From NCBI GenBank assembly GCA_015478735.1, contig JADMKQ010000238.1, positions 1 through 52,942 of the forward strand: a stretch of DNA of 52,942 nucleotides, written 5' to 3'. How positions within the stretch are numbered: position 1 is the stretch's first letter; every line of letters starts with the position of its first letter. Below the pieces are notes generated by a model. That model did no database searches. It saw only the letters and a list, made by a program, of their open reading frames with translations, and was not told where the DNA came from. A program made the position numbers and the translations under genes. The stretch comes from Sphingorhabdus sp. Its GTDB lineage: Bacteria; Pseudomonadota; Alphaproteobacteria; Sphingomonadales; Sphingomonadaceae. Shown here in pieces: positions 37,494 to 49,168 of the stretch.

Positions 37494-37955
37494 TCAGGCG
37501 CGCTTGTCGGTGGGCGAGCCAAGGCAGATATGGGACGTAATACTGCTGACCTGCGGCAATGTTCCCAATATATCGGCGTGAAAGGCCTTATAAGCAGCAA
37601 GGTCCGCTACTTCGACGCGCAACAGATATTCCACGGAGCCGGTGATATTATGGCATTCGCGCACTTCCGGCGCTTTTGCGACCGCTTGTTCGAAGGCCAG
37701 TGAATCCTTTTTCAAATGCTCGGACAATCCGACCATGACAAAGATGGTTATGGCGGCGCCGCGAACAGCAGGGTCGATAATGGCACGATAGCCCTGGACC
37801 ATGCCAGTGCGCTCCAGTTCCTGAACGCGCCGTAAACAGGCCGATGGGGAAAGCCCGACTTTGCTGGCAAGGTCGGTGTTGCTGATTCGCCCGTCGCGCT
37901 CCAGCTGGTGCAATATATTGCGGCTAATGGCATCCAGTTGCGTCATTTGTTGCAT
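37494..37955 (-). CDS. Lrp/AsnC family transcriptional regulator
   Basis: DGRISNTDLASKVGLSPSACLRRVQELE HTH and EVRECHNITGSVEYLLRV RAM domain. Start is 37955 or 37946. Confidence 0.95.
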   Translation of the reverse strand: MQQMTQLDAISRNILHQLERDGRISNTDLASKVGLSPSACLRRVQELERTGMVQGYRAIIDPAVRGAAITIFVMVGLSEHLKKDSLAFEQAVAKAPEVRECHNITGSVEYLLRVEVADLAAYKAFHADILGTLPQVSSITSHICLGSPTDKRA

Positions 37956-38060
37956 ATCATGCGTTTTGGGGGCCCAGAAGACAAGGATATTGCGGCTATC
38001 ATGAGATAATATTGTGCAACATTTTGGGCCGGAGAAGCCCGGAAAAATCAGGAGCACAGG

Positions 38061-39236
38061 ATGAGCGTCTTTAATTTAGCCGATTACGATATTTCCGCAG
38101 AGCGCGGGTTCCTATCATCTTTTGACCCCGACAAGACCGTTTTGCCGGATGAGCTTCAACCGGCGCGTGATATGGCTATGTCCTTGCCGCGCGTGCTTGT
38201 GACAGGTCAGCCGCGCAAGCATCTGGAGGCTTTGCCCTTTGTTGATCTCACCGATTTTTGTGCGAGCGCGAGCCTTGCCCAGAGGCGGATTGCGATGGTG
38301 CATTATTCCTTTCTGGTGCAGGCTTATGTCTGGGGAGAGCCGGAACCTCCAAAAGCATTACCCAAATGTCTCGCCTTGCCCATCTGGCAACTGGGCGCGT
38401 CGATCGAGCAGCCACCTTTGCTCACTTATTCCAGCTATGTGCTCGACAATTGGGGCCGCATCGATCCCGACGGGCCTATAGACCTGTCGAATACCTATAT
38501 GATCCAGCCGTTCCTAAGCGGGCAGGACGAAGCGTGGTTCGTGTTGGACCATGTCGCGATTGAAGCCCGGGCAGGGGAGATGCTGGCGTCTATTCCCGCG
38601 CTGGTCGAGGCTTGCCGGAACGAAGATGCCGGAACGCTGCAATCCGGACTGGCAGCGATGACAGCGGTTTGGGATGATATGAATGACATTTTCGGGCGCA
38701 TGACGGAAAAATGCGATCCTTATGTCTATTTCCACCGGGTGCGGCCGTGGATTCATGGCTGGAAAGATAACCCCGCGCTGAAAGACGGAATAATATACGA
38801 AGGGGTCGAGGAAACGGGCGGAAAACCCCAGGTATTTCGCGGGCAGACGGGATCACAATCCTCTATCGTGCCAGCAATGGATGCGTTTCTGGGCATTGGC
38901 CATGCCGGTGATCCGCTGCGAACCTATCTTGACGAACTTCACATCTACCGCCCGCCGGAACATCGGCTGTTCATCGATGACATCCGGGCAAACAGCATCG
39001 TGCGCGCCTTTATCCAGTCCGCCGGTTCTCCTGCGTTGAACGAGCTTTACAATGAATGTGTGCAAAATCTGACCCGCTTCCGCACAAGGCATCTGGAATA
39101 TGCGGCGAGCTATATCAACAAGCAGTCAAAGGGCGGGGCCGGCAACACATCGGATGTCGGAACGGGCGGGACGCCGTTTATGAAATATCTGAAAAAACAC
39201 CGCGACGAAGCCGCCGCCCACATGATTAACGGTTAG
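38061..39236 (+). CDS. Indoleamine 2,3-dioxygenase (IDO/PrnB superfamily) heme protein
   Basis: RGFL, AYVWG, PPLLTY...NW, DEAWFVLDHVAIE, RVRPWIHGW, GQTGSQSS, FRTRH (proximal His) and GTGGT...YLK. Confidence 0.9.
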   Translation: MSVFNLADYDISAERGFLSSFDPDKTVLPDELQPARDMAMSLPRVLVTGQPRKHLEALPFVDLTDFCASASLAQRRIAMVHYSFLVQAYVWGEPEPPKALPKCLALPIWQLGASIEQPPLLTYSSYVLDNWGRIDPDGPIDLSNTYMIQPFLSGQDEAWFVLDHVAIEARAGEMLASIPALVEACRNEDAGTLQSGLAAMTAVWDDMNDIFGRMTEKCDPYVYFHRVRPWIHGWKDNPALKDGIIYEGVEETGGKPQVFRGQTGSQSSIVPAMDAFLGIGHAGDPLRTYLDELHIYRPPEHRLFIDDIRANSIVRAFIQSAGSPALNELYNECVQNLTRFRTRHLEYAASYINKQSKGGAGNTSDVGTGGTPFMKYLKKHRDEAAAHMING

Positions 39237-39994
39237 GAAGGCCAGGAAAATGACAGGCTGGTCTGCCCGGTCGGCTTGCCGGAAGCGGCATAGCGCCTTT
39301 CAATGAACACTCCCGCGCCCCTGTCATCAATGGCAACGACCGTGCTGCACCGGGTGCCATAGACCGGTTGTTGGATAAAGACCCCCGAATTGCGAGGCTC
39401 GAAAGTGACTCCATTCGTTCCATTGATTTGGGCTTCGGACGAAAATTCCGTCTGGTCGAGCAGATATTGCAGCAAGTCTTCCGGATTGTCCTGATGACTA
39501 TCTATCCAGTGCGCCAGTGCAGAATTGAGCCTTGCTGATTTTGGCCATGGCTTATCCAGTGGACCATTTGAAAGACCGTGGACACCCGGATCAAGAGTTC
39601 TGCTCACTGCACCGGGCCGGTTAGAATGAATAAGCGCTCTGTCGTGATCAACAGTGATGAGGTTGAACGGATTGAAATCGGCAAATTGATCGGCATCAAT
39701 TTTCGAATAGGAACCTTCCCCGCTTAGAAAGTCCTTCAAAAGATCACCCCGCGACGATCGCCTTGGATCCGCTGCTCCGTGGCCACTAAGATTGGTGACC
39801 GCTGCAAAACGCCCCTGTTCGGAAACGCCAAGCCACGTACCACCGGCCTTTGTGTCCTTTCCGGCGAGTAAATAGGGGTGACCGTCCCACCGGGCCAGCG
39901 CTTCTGCTGGTCTGGCGTGCAATTCATCCCGGTTGGCAACAGCGACAAGTTTCCAGTGAGGGTGGGCCTGCCAGGCAAAAGCTAAGATACACAT
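39233..39994 (-). CDS. NRDE/TANGO2 family protein
   Basis: N-terminal MC, ANRDE, GGTWLG, SRG, FNL, LSNG and YGTRCST. Confidence 0.93.
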   Translation of the reverse strand: MCILAFAWQAHPHWKLVAVANRDELHARPAEALARWDGHPYLLAGKDTKAGGTWLGVSEQGRFAAVTNLSGHGAADPRRSSRGDLLKDFLSGEGSYSKIDADQFADFNPFNLITVDHDRALIHSNRPGAVSRTLDPGVHGLSNGPLDKPWPKSARLNSALAHWIDSHQDNPEDLLQYLLDQTEFSSEAQINGTNGVTFEPRNSGVFIQQPVYGTRCSTVVAIDDRGAGVFIERRYAASGKPTGQTSLSFSWPS

Positions 39995-40164
39995 CGGCGC
40001 TATATTGTCGAAATATACAAATTTGGCGACCAGATTCTGACGATTTTGCTTAGGTATCGACTCAAAAGAGAATCAGACCCATAATAATATCAAGAAGCTT
40101 CTTCTCAAGAAAACCCTTCGCCGCTAACAGATAGGATAATAGGACAGAGGGGAAGGGGCGTTAA

Positions 40165-42198
<2,034 letters not shown>

Positions 42199-42219
42199 AG
42201 ACCCGGAGTTGACACCCAG

Positions 42220-44175
42220 TCACTTGTCCCCGTTTAGCAGATATTTTTGCCAGAATAAGAGCGACGCCCAGAACTGGTAATCGGCATTTTCCTTTTTGCG
42301 GAACCCATGGCCTTCGTTCTTTGCAAGAAGATGCCAAGCGGGGCGATTATTGGCGCGCACGGCGGTGACAATCTGGTCGGCTTCACTCGCCGGAACGCGC
42401 GGGTCATTAGCCCCGGTAATGACCATCAGCGGAATGTTGATTTCATGTGCACGCCTAAGCGGGCTGATTTCTTCCAGCTTAGCCCGCTGTTCCGGAATCC
42501 GTTCGTCGCCATATTCCCGGCGGCGCAGGTCACGGCGATAAGACTGGGTGTTTTCCAGAAAGGTGACGAAATTGGATATGCCGACCACTTCCAGCCCCGC
42601 CTTTAGCTGATCGCCATAGCTGAGCATCGCGGCAAGCGTCACATATCCGCCATAGCTGCCCCCGGTTACGGCGATGCGCTGCTTATCGATTCGTTTGTCT
42701 CCGCGAAGGTGAGACAGAAATGCCCCAATATCCTTGACGCTGTCTTCCCGTCGGAACGGACCATTGTCGAGCGCGACAAACCGCTTGCCGAAACCGGTAG
42801 AGCCGCGAACATTGGGATAGAAAATCGCGATGCCCAGTTCGTTAATCAGATAATTGTTGCGCCCTAGAAAACCCGGTCTTGCCTGTCCTTCGGGGCCGCC
42901 GTGGATATTGATAATTAGCGGCCGCTTACCTTTGTGCTTTTCAGGGTCAGGGCTATAGAGAAAGCCTGACATTATCTCGCCGTCAAAGCTGGTGATCTCA
43001 ACCAGTTCCGGAACCACATTCCGGGAGGCATCCAGACCGCCTGTTTCGCTTTTTGTCCAGCGTGTAATCGCCAAGCTCACCGGATCAAGGCTATAACTGT
43101 CGCCGCCCGTCTGGTTGGAGTTGAGAGTAAAACCCAGTTCCCCCCAAGGAGCGAATTTCAAGCCGTTAATAACCCCGGTCGGCAGCGAAGATACGATACG
43201 AACTTCGCCGCTGTGCATATCGTATATTTTTAGAACGGATTGACCGGCCTGATTGACTTCATAGGCAATCCACCGGCCATCCGTGCTGATGTCAAAGCTC
43301 GATATGTCCCAGATTTTCTCGTCAATGACTGGCTGGAAAACAGCGGTTTCCAGATTCACGGTGCCAAGGCGTTGGACATCGCTGCCGTCATCCGAAGCGG
43401 CCCAAAGCTTGCCATCTGTCGCAAATTGTAATCCGTTATAAGCCACCGGTTGGCGGCTATCGGTCAATTTGCGTGATGTTCCGTTGAGAATATCGATGAG
43501 GTAAAGCTGATTATCGGTCACCGAGACATAGTTGAACACCAGCAGTTGCTGGTCATCTGGCGAAAAGTCGATCGGGAACCATCCACCGCCGGTTGAAGCG
43601 ACCAGCATGATTGCGCCATCGGGATTGGCGGGGTTCATCAGGTAAATATCGTTATAAAGCCCGGTGCGTTTGTTTGAGCTAAAAGCCAGCAGATCTCCTT
43701 TATGTGACCAGGGACCAAGATTATATCGGCTTTTGCCGTCGCTCAGCATTTTTGGGACACCGTCTTCCAGCTTGAAAATCTGGTTCACTTCGTTGCCGCC
43801 GGTATCTTTTTGAAAAAATAACGCAGAGCCATCCGGCGTAAAGCTGGCATGCTGCACAGGTTCATCGGCAAAGGTTAATTGATCGCGTGTGCCGAGCGGC
43901 TTTTCCACGCGGTGAAGTTGTATGGTATTTGCAAAGCGAGTGCGGATCAGCATCGCTCTGGTTTTGGGGTCCCAGTCAACAAATCCCGCGGTGCGGAACT
44001 CCATATAGGGCCGGGTCTTTTCAACCATGGCCATGGGAATATCCGGTATCTGGTCGGTAACCAGTGCAGCGGGTTCCTGAGCAAAGGCCTCTTCAACATC
44101 ATCCGCTGCGCGTGCGGACGGTACAAAAAATGTAAGTGACGCAGCTACTAAAGCGGCGACATAGGTGGTGCGCAT
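42220..44175 (-). CDS. Exported S9 family (prolyl oligopeptidase-like) peptidase
   Basis: Signal peptide, beta-propeller repeats, HGGPE and triad motifs GGSYGG, NDPRV and EGHGF. Confidence 0.93.
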   Translation of the reverse strand: MRTTYVAALVAASLTFFVPSARAADDVEEAFAQEPAALVTDQIPDIPMAMVEKTRPYMEFRTAGFVDWDPKTRAMLIRTRFANTIQLHRVEKPLGTRDQLTFADEPVQHASFTPDGSALFFQKDTGGNEVNQIFKLEDGVPKMLSDGKSRYNLGPWSHKGDLLAFSSNKRTGLYNDIYLMNPANPDGAIMLVASTGGGWFPIDFSPDDQQLLVFNYVSVTDNQLYLIDILNGTSRKLTDSRQPVAYNGLQFATDGKLWAASDDGSDVQRLGTVNLETAVFQPVIDEKIWDISSFDISTDGRWIAYEVNQAGQSVLKIYDMHSGEVRIVSSLPTGVINGLKFAPWGELGFTLNSNQTGGDSYSLDPVSLAITRWTKSETGGLDASRNVVPELVEITSFDGEIMSGFLYSPDPEKHKGKRPLIINIHGGPEGQARPGFLGRNNYLINELGIAIFYPNVRGSTGFGKRFVALDNGPFRREDSVKDIGAFLSHLRGDKRIDKQRIAVTGGSYGGYVTLAAMLSYGDQLKAGLEVVGISNFVTFLENTQSYRRDLRRREYGDERIPEQRAKLEEISPLRRAHEINIPLMVITGANDPRVPASEADQIVTAVRANNRPAWHLLAKNEGHGFRKKENADYQFWASLLFWQKYLLNGDK

Positions 44176-44244
44176 CCGGCGCGTCTCCCTGTTTGATTTC
44201 GCTCATGCTTATGGACGAACCGCATCAAAAGCAATTAGGGAAGG

Positions 44245-46023
44245 ATGATGATCCCAGATAATCGCCCTTTCATATTGCTCGATGATGCTCGCGATAGCGG
44301 TGATGCCGCTCCGGCGCGGCTTTACCGTTATCCGGTCGAGACGGTCACAGCATTTGATCCGCATGAGCTTGATAAGGTGCTGGACCGCGTTGCTGCCGCT
44401 CAAGGGGCGGGTCTGCACGCTGCGGGCTATATGTCTTATGAAGCGGGGCTGATACTGGAGGAGCGGCTGGCGGGGCGTCTGCGCAGCGGCCGGGCCTGTC
44501 CGCTGGCATGGTTTGGATTGTTTGAAGATTATGACCTGCTTGATCCTGAAGCTGTGGCGATGCATTTACCCGATGCAAAGGGCGCGTGGCTGGGTAAGAT
44601 ACGGCCAGGCATTACACGGCAGGATTATGACAAGGCTTTTGCTAGTGTTCAGGATTATATTGTCGGTGGGGATATATATCAGGCCAACCTGACGTTCCGC
44701 GCTCACGCTGCTTATGCAGGGCATCCGTTGGCGCTTTATACAGCGATCCGAAGTCGAGCTAAGGCTGGCTATGGCGGGGTAGTATTTGATGGCCAAAACT
44801 GGGTTCTATCCTTTTCCCCCGAATTGTTTTTTGCGTTAAAAGAAAAGCGGGTCACGGCCAAACCCATGAAGGGAACCGCCGCCCGGCTTCCTGACAATAT
44901 AGCCGATGCTTCAATGCAGGCCGAGTTGCAGAGCGATCCGAAACAGCGCGCTGAAAACCTGATGATTGTTGACTTGCTACGCAATGATCTGTCGCGGCTG
45001 GCTGAGCCGGGCAGCGTGAAGGTGCAGAAACTGTTTCAAGTGGAAAGCTATCCAACCATCCATCAGATGACATCTACAGTAACAGCAAAGCTCGCCGAAG
45101 ATCATGGTGCAGTGGACCTGCTGCGTCAGATATATCCGTGCGGTTCCATAACAGGGGCGCCAAAAATTCGCGCTATGGAAATTATTGATGAACTGGAAAA
45201 AGACCAGCGCGGTATCTATTGCGGTTCGATTGGCCGGATAGATGCGGATGGTGATGCGGCGTTTAATGTCGCCATTCGCACGTTCTTTCTGGGAAAGGGT
45301 CAAGAAACACTTTCCATCGGCCTGGGCTCTGGCGTAGTGGCAGATTCTGTTGTGGATGATGAATGGCGGGAATGTCTCGCGAAGGGGAAATTTGCAGCCG
45401 TGAATGAAGGCGCGGATTACAGGATCATGGACTTAATGGAGACGATGGCGTTCATTCCCGAAAGTGGGATCGTCCGCCTAGAGGCCCATCTGGAGCGCAT
45501 GAAGGCGAGCGCCGCCGCGCTGGAGTTCGAGTTTGACCGACATGCTGCGCGCAACGCCATACAGGCCATTACCTTTCACCAGGACCAGCCCGCTAAGGTA
45601 CGGCTGATGCTGGCCCGGTCTGGCGCGATAGCGATTGAATTGCAGCCGATGCCGGAGCCGCTTGTCGAGCCTGTACCGGTCAAGTTAACGCCGATGCTGG
45701 CCAACTCACATGATTACAGATTGCGCCATAAAACCAGCGACCGCAGCATATATGATGCGCCTGCTATCCATGAAGGCGCGCACCCGATATTCCACGATCC
45801 CGAAGGCTATTTGACCGAGGGGGCGATCTGGAACATATTTGTGGAGCGCGGCGAAAAGCTTTTGACGCCACCATTAGCACGGGGCGTCTTACCCGGCATA
45901 TTGCGCGCAGAATTACTCGCCAGCGGCAAAGCGGTTGAGTGCGATTTACGGGCTGGAGATTTAAATAACGGACTTTATGTTGGAAACAGTTTACGGGGTT
46001 TGATGAAGGCCCGGCTCGTCTGA
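44245..46023 (+). CDS. pabB: Aminodeoxychorismate synthase component I fused to a class IV aminotransferase (ADC lyase-like) domain
   Basis: GDIYQANLT, SPELF, KPMKGT, AENLMIVDLLRNDL and GSITGAPK, then C-terminal LEAHLERM, HKT, TEG and GVLPGILR. Confidence 0.9.
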   Translation: MMIPDNRPFILLDDARDSGDAAPARLYRYPVETVTAFDPHELDKVLDRVAAAQGAGLHAAGYMSYEAGLILEERLAGRLRSGRACPLAWFGLFEDYDLLDPEAVAMHLPDAKGAWLGKIRPGITRQDYDKAFASVQDYIVGGDIYQANLTFRAHAAYAGHPLALYTAIRSRAKAGYGGVVFDGQNWVLSFSPELFFALKEKRVTAKPMKGTAARLPDNIADASMQAELQSDPKQRAENLMIVDLLRNDLSRLAEPGSVKVQKLFQVESYPTIHQMTSTVTAKLAEDHGAVDLLRQIYPCGSITGAPKIRAMEIIDELEKDQRGIYCGSIGRIDADGDAAFNVAIRTFFLGKGQETLSIGLGSGVVADSVVDDEWRECLAKGKFAAVNEGADYRIMDLMETMAFIPESGIVRLEAHLERMKASAAALEFEFDRHAARNAIQAITFHQDQPAKVRLMLARSGAIAIELQPMPEPLVEPVPVKLTPMLANSHDYRLRHKTSDRSIYDAPAIHEGAHPIFHDPEGYLTEGAIWNIFVERGEKLLTPPLARGVLPGILRAELLASGKAVECDLRAGDLNNGLYVGNSLRGLMKARLV

Positions 46024-46047
46024 GCATATTTTTTTACGGAGAACATT

Positions 46048-47337
46048 ATGACTGACCATTTGGAAACCACCCATCTGGAAACAATGGCGGTTCACGCCGG
46101 GACCGAGCCTGATCCGACAACCAACGCGCGGATTACCCCGATTTACCAGACCTCGTCCTATGTGTTTAATGATGTCGATCATGCGGCTGATCTGTTCAAC
46201 CTTGATGCCGTGGGCAATATTTATACCCGTATCACAAACCCGACCAATGCCGCGCTTGAAGGCAAGATTGCGGCTATGGAGGGCGGTGTAGCTGCCCTTG
46301 CTGTGGCATCGGGCCATGCGGCGCAGGTGCTGGTCTTCCATGTATTGATGGACCCCGGCGCGCATATCGTTGCTGCCAAAAAGCTTTATGGCGGATCGCT
46401 TAACCAGCTTGCCTATGCGCTCAAAAAAATGGCGTGGAATGTAACTTTTGTCGATGCGGATAATCTTGATGAGGTGAAGGCCGCGATTACCGATGAGACT
46501 CGCTGTGTCTTCATTGAAAGCCTCGCCAACCCAGGCGGTGTGGTGCAGGATATTGCGGGTATTGCCGATATTGCCCATACGGCGGGCATTCCGCTGATCG
46601 TTGACAATACGATGGCGTCGCCCATGCTGTGCCGCCCGTTTGAACATGGTGCTGATATTATTGTTCACAGCGGAACAAAATTCCTTGGCGGTCACGGCAA
46701 CAGCATTGGCGGACTTATCGTGGACAGCGGCAATTTCGACTGGACGAAGAGCGAGAAATTCTCGCATCTGAATCAGCCAAATCCGTCCTACCACGGGAAA
46801 GTTTTTACCGAAGCCTTTGGCAATCTAGCCTTCATTCTGGCGGCGCGTGCCTTGGCTTTGCGCGACCTTGGACCGGCGCTGTCGCCGTTTAACGCATTCC
46901 AGATTTTGACAGGAATGGAAACTTTGGCGCTGCGCATGGAGCGAATCTGCGCCAATGGACTGGCACTTGCGGAATGGCTGAAGGCCCGCGATGAAGTGAG
47001 CTGGGTTTCCTATGCCGGTTTGCCCGATAGCCCCTATCACAGCCTTGCCCAAAAATATCTGGGTGGTCACGGGGGCGGTGTATTTACCTTTGGCCTCAAA
47101 GGTGGATATGATGCAGGTGTAAAGCTGGTGTCAGCGGTTAAAATGTTCAGCCATCTGGCGAATATTGGTGATACGCGTTCGCTGATCATCCACCCGTCAT
47201 CGACCACTCACCGTCAATTGGGTGCAGAGGAACAGATCGCGGCAGGAGCCGGGCCCGATGTTGTTCGTGTGTCTGTCGGTATTGAGCATATTGATGACAT
47301 TATCGCTGACATGGAACAGGCACTATTGTCGCTATAA
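46048..47337 (+). CDS. metY: O-acetylhomoserine aminocarboxypropyltransferase/sulfhydrylase
   Basis: PIYQTSSY, IYTRITNPT, HSGTKFLGGHG (PLP Lys) and HLANIGDTRSLIIHPSSTTHRQL. Confidence 0.92.
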   Translation: MTDHLETTHLETMAVHAGTEPDPTTNARITPIYQTSSYVFNDVDHAADLFNLDAVGNIYTRITNPTNAALEGKIAAMEGGVAALAVASGHAAQVLVFHVLMDPGAHIVAAKKLYGGSLNQLAYALKKMAWNVTFVDADNLDEVKAAITDETRCVFIESLANPGGVVQDIAGIADIAHTAGIPLIVDNTMASPMLCRPFEHGADIIVHSGTKFLGGHGNSIGGLIVDSGNFDWTKSEKFSHLNQPNPSYHGKVFTEAFGNLAFILAARALALRDLGPALSPFNAFQILTGMETLALRMERICANGLALAEWLKARDEVSWVSYAGLPDSPYHSLAQKYLGGHGGGVFTFGLKGGYDAGVKLVSAVKMFSHLANIGDTRSLIIHPSSTTHRQLGAEEQIAAGAGPDVVRVSVGIEHIDDIIADMEQALLSL

Positions 47338-47351
47338 TTTTTGTATATGGA

Positions 47352-47372
47352 GCGCCCTCTTAAAGAGGGCGC
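47352..47372. terminator. Hairpin after metY (possible terminator or RNA stabiliser)
   Basis: Perfect GCGCCCTCTT-A-AAGAGGGCGC. No U-tract follows. Confidence 0.45.
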
Positions 47373-47410
47373 ATGAATGGGCACAGCCCTGAACAAAGCG
47401 GAAGAAGAAT

Positions 47411-47713
47411 ATGACATCAGGTGATGGTGAATATGTTTATGATGAAGAAACTGGCGAGTGGCTCAGCCCCGAAGATGCGGCGGCCAAAAGCGCAGGGCCA
47501 GAAGTTTTTGATGCAGTGGGCAACCAGCTTGCCGACGGCGATGCCGTGACGCTGATCAAAGACCTGAAAGTGAAAGGCGCCGGACAAACTTTGAAGCGGG
47601 GCACATTGATCAAATCTATCCGGCTAACCGGGGACGATCAGGAGATTGATTGCAAGCATGAGGGGATAAAAGGTCTCGTCCTGCGCGCGGAATTTGTGAA
47701 AAAACGCAGCTAA
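47411..47713 (+). CDS. PhnA/YjdM domain protein (short form)
   Basis: DAVGNQLADGDAVTLIKDLKVKG...LKRGT...IRL...LRAEFVKK. Confidence 0.88.
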   Translation: MTSGDGEYVYDEETGEWLSPEDAAAKSAGPEVFDAVGNQLADGDAVTLIKDLKVKGAGQTLKRGTLIKSIRLTGDDQEIDCKHEGIKGLVLRAEFVKKRS

Positions 47714-47787
47714 TCAAAACCTCTGTTGCACTGCTATGACAACGGCATTATGCGCGGGCTGTTCTTTCCTTGAAACAGGTTTTTTCC

Positions 47788-48990
47788 ATGTCCCTAATTT
47801 CCAAAGCTTTAGACCGAATCCAACCTTCTGCTACACTGGCTATGACCGGCCGGGTGAACGAGCTGAAAGCACAGGGTATCGATATTATCGGTCTGTCAGC
47901 GGGGGAACCGGATTTTGACACGCCGGATTTCGTCAAGGAAGCTGCGATCAAGGCGATCCGCGACGGGGAAACAAATTATACCACGGTTGATGGCACGGCT
48001 GAGCTAAAGGCTGCGATTGCTGCAAAGTTTCTGCGGGACAATGAGCTGACCTATGTGCCGTCACAGATTTCGGTGAACAGCGGAGGCAAGCACACTTTGT
48101 TCAACGCTTTGGTAGCAACGCTTGATGCGGGCGACGAGGTTATCATTCCTGCGCCTTATTGGGTCAGCTATCCCGACATGGTCAATTTTGCAGGTGGCAC
48201 GCCGGTCATCATTCAGGCAGGCGCGGACCAGAATTACAAGATTACACCGGAACAGCTGACGGCGGCTATCACACCAAAGACAAAATGGCTGATCCTTAAC
48301 TCACCATCCAACCCGACCGGCGCGGCTTATAGCCGTGAAGAGCTGAAAGCATTGGGTGATGCATTGCTGCCGCATCAGCAGGTCATGATTATGACCGACG
48401 ATATGTATGAACATATATGGTATGCGGGCACCCCGTTCACGACCATTGCCCAGGTTTGTCCCGATCTTTTCGATCGGACATTGACCGTCAACGGTTGTTC
48501 AAAAGCCTATGCAATGACGGGATGGCGGATTGGTTATGCAGGAGGTCCGGACTGGCTGATCGGTGCAATGCGCAAGCTGCAATCGCAATCGACTTCAAAC
48601 CCCAGCTCGATTTCACAAGCTGCGGCAGTCGCTGCGCTTAACGGACCGCAGGATTTCCTGATCGAACGCAATGCAGCTTTCTTGGCGCGGCGTGATCTGG
48701 TTGTTTCGATGCTGAACGATACGCCGGGCCTGAATTGCCCGACTCCGGAAGGTGCCTTTTACGTTTATCCGGATGCCAGCGAGCTGATGGGCACCAGAAC
48801 GCCAAAGGGTGCAACGATCAACAGCGATGAAGACCTGATAAATTATTTTCTCGACGAAGCGCGAGTCGCCGCCGTGCATGGGGCAGCCTTTGGCCTGTCG
48901 CCGGCATTTCGCGTAAGCTACGCGACTTCGGAAGAGATTTTACGGGAAGCTTGCACACGCATTCAACAGGCTTGTGCGGCGCTGAACTAA
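47788..48990 (+). CDS. Aspartate aminotransferase (class I PLP-dependent)
   Basis: GEPDFDTP, APYWVSY, NSPSNPTG, DDMYEH and SKAYAMTGWRIGY. Confidence 0.93.
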   Translation: MSLISKALDRIQPSATLAMTGRVNELKAQGIDIIGLSAGEPDFDTPDFVKEAAIKAIRDGETNYTTVDGTAELKAAIAAKFLRDNELTYVPSQISVNSGGKHTLFNALVATLDAGDEVIIPAPYWVSYPDMVNFAGGTPVIIQAGADQNYKITPEQLTAAITPKTKWLILNSPSNPTGAAYSREELKALGDALLPHQQVMIMTDDMYEHIWYAGTPFTTIAQVCPDLFDRTLTVNGCSKAYAMTGWRIGYAGGPDWLIGAMRKLQSQSTSNPSSISQAAAVAALNGPQDFLIERNAAFLARRDLVVSMLNDTPGLNCPTPEGAFYVYPDASELMGTRTPKGATINSDEDLINYFLDEARVAAVHGAAFGLSPAFRVSYATSEEILREACTRIQQACAALN

Positions 48991-49029
48991 GGGATTTTTT
49001 ACGCCGTTACGTTAGCAGCGGCTATCAAG

Positions 49030-49091
49030 GCTTTACTCGCTGAAACTGAATGTTGTCTTGTGACATCGTTCACAGCGAGGAAAGCAACATT
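49030..49091. promoter_or_regulatory. Long hairpin containing a perfect CRP-type box
   Basis: Stem GCTTTACTCGCTG/CAGCGAGGAAAGC (12/13) and TGTGA-N6-TCACA at 49059-49074. Confidence 0.5.
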
Positions 49092-49168
49092 ATATTATAA
49101 GGCAAGACATTCAGGGCGCTCTGGTTACCGGCATTTTCCGGAGATCAGATAGTCACAAGGACAATATT

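Noticed and set aside
40092-40103. 12-bp palindrome AAGAAGCTTCTT upstream of fadH as an operator
   Set aside because: Short, single and with no cognate regulator identifiable, so it cannot be distinguished from chance.
46024-46047. SAM-type riboswitch before metY
   Set aside because: The intergenic gap is only 24 bp and shows no recognisable aptamer.
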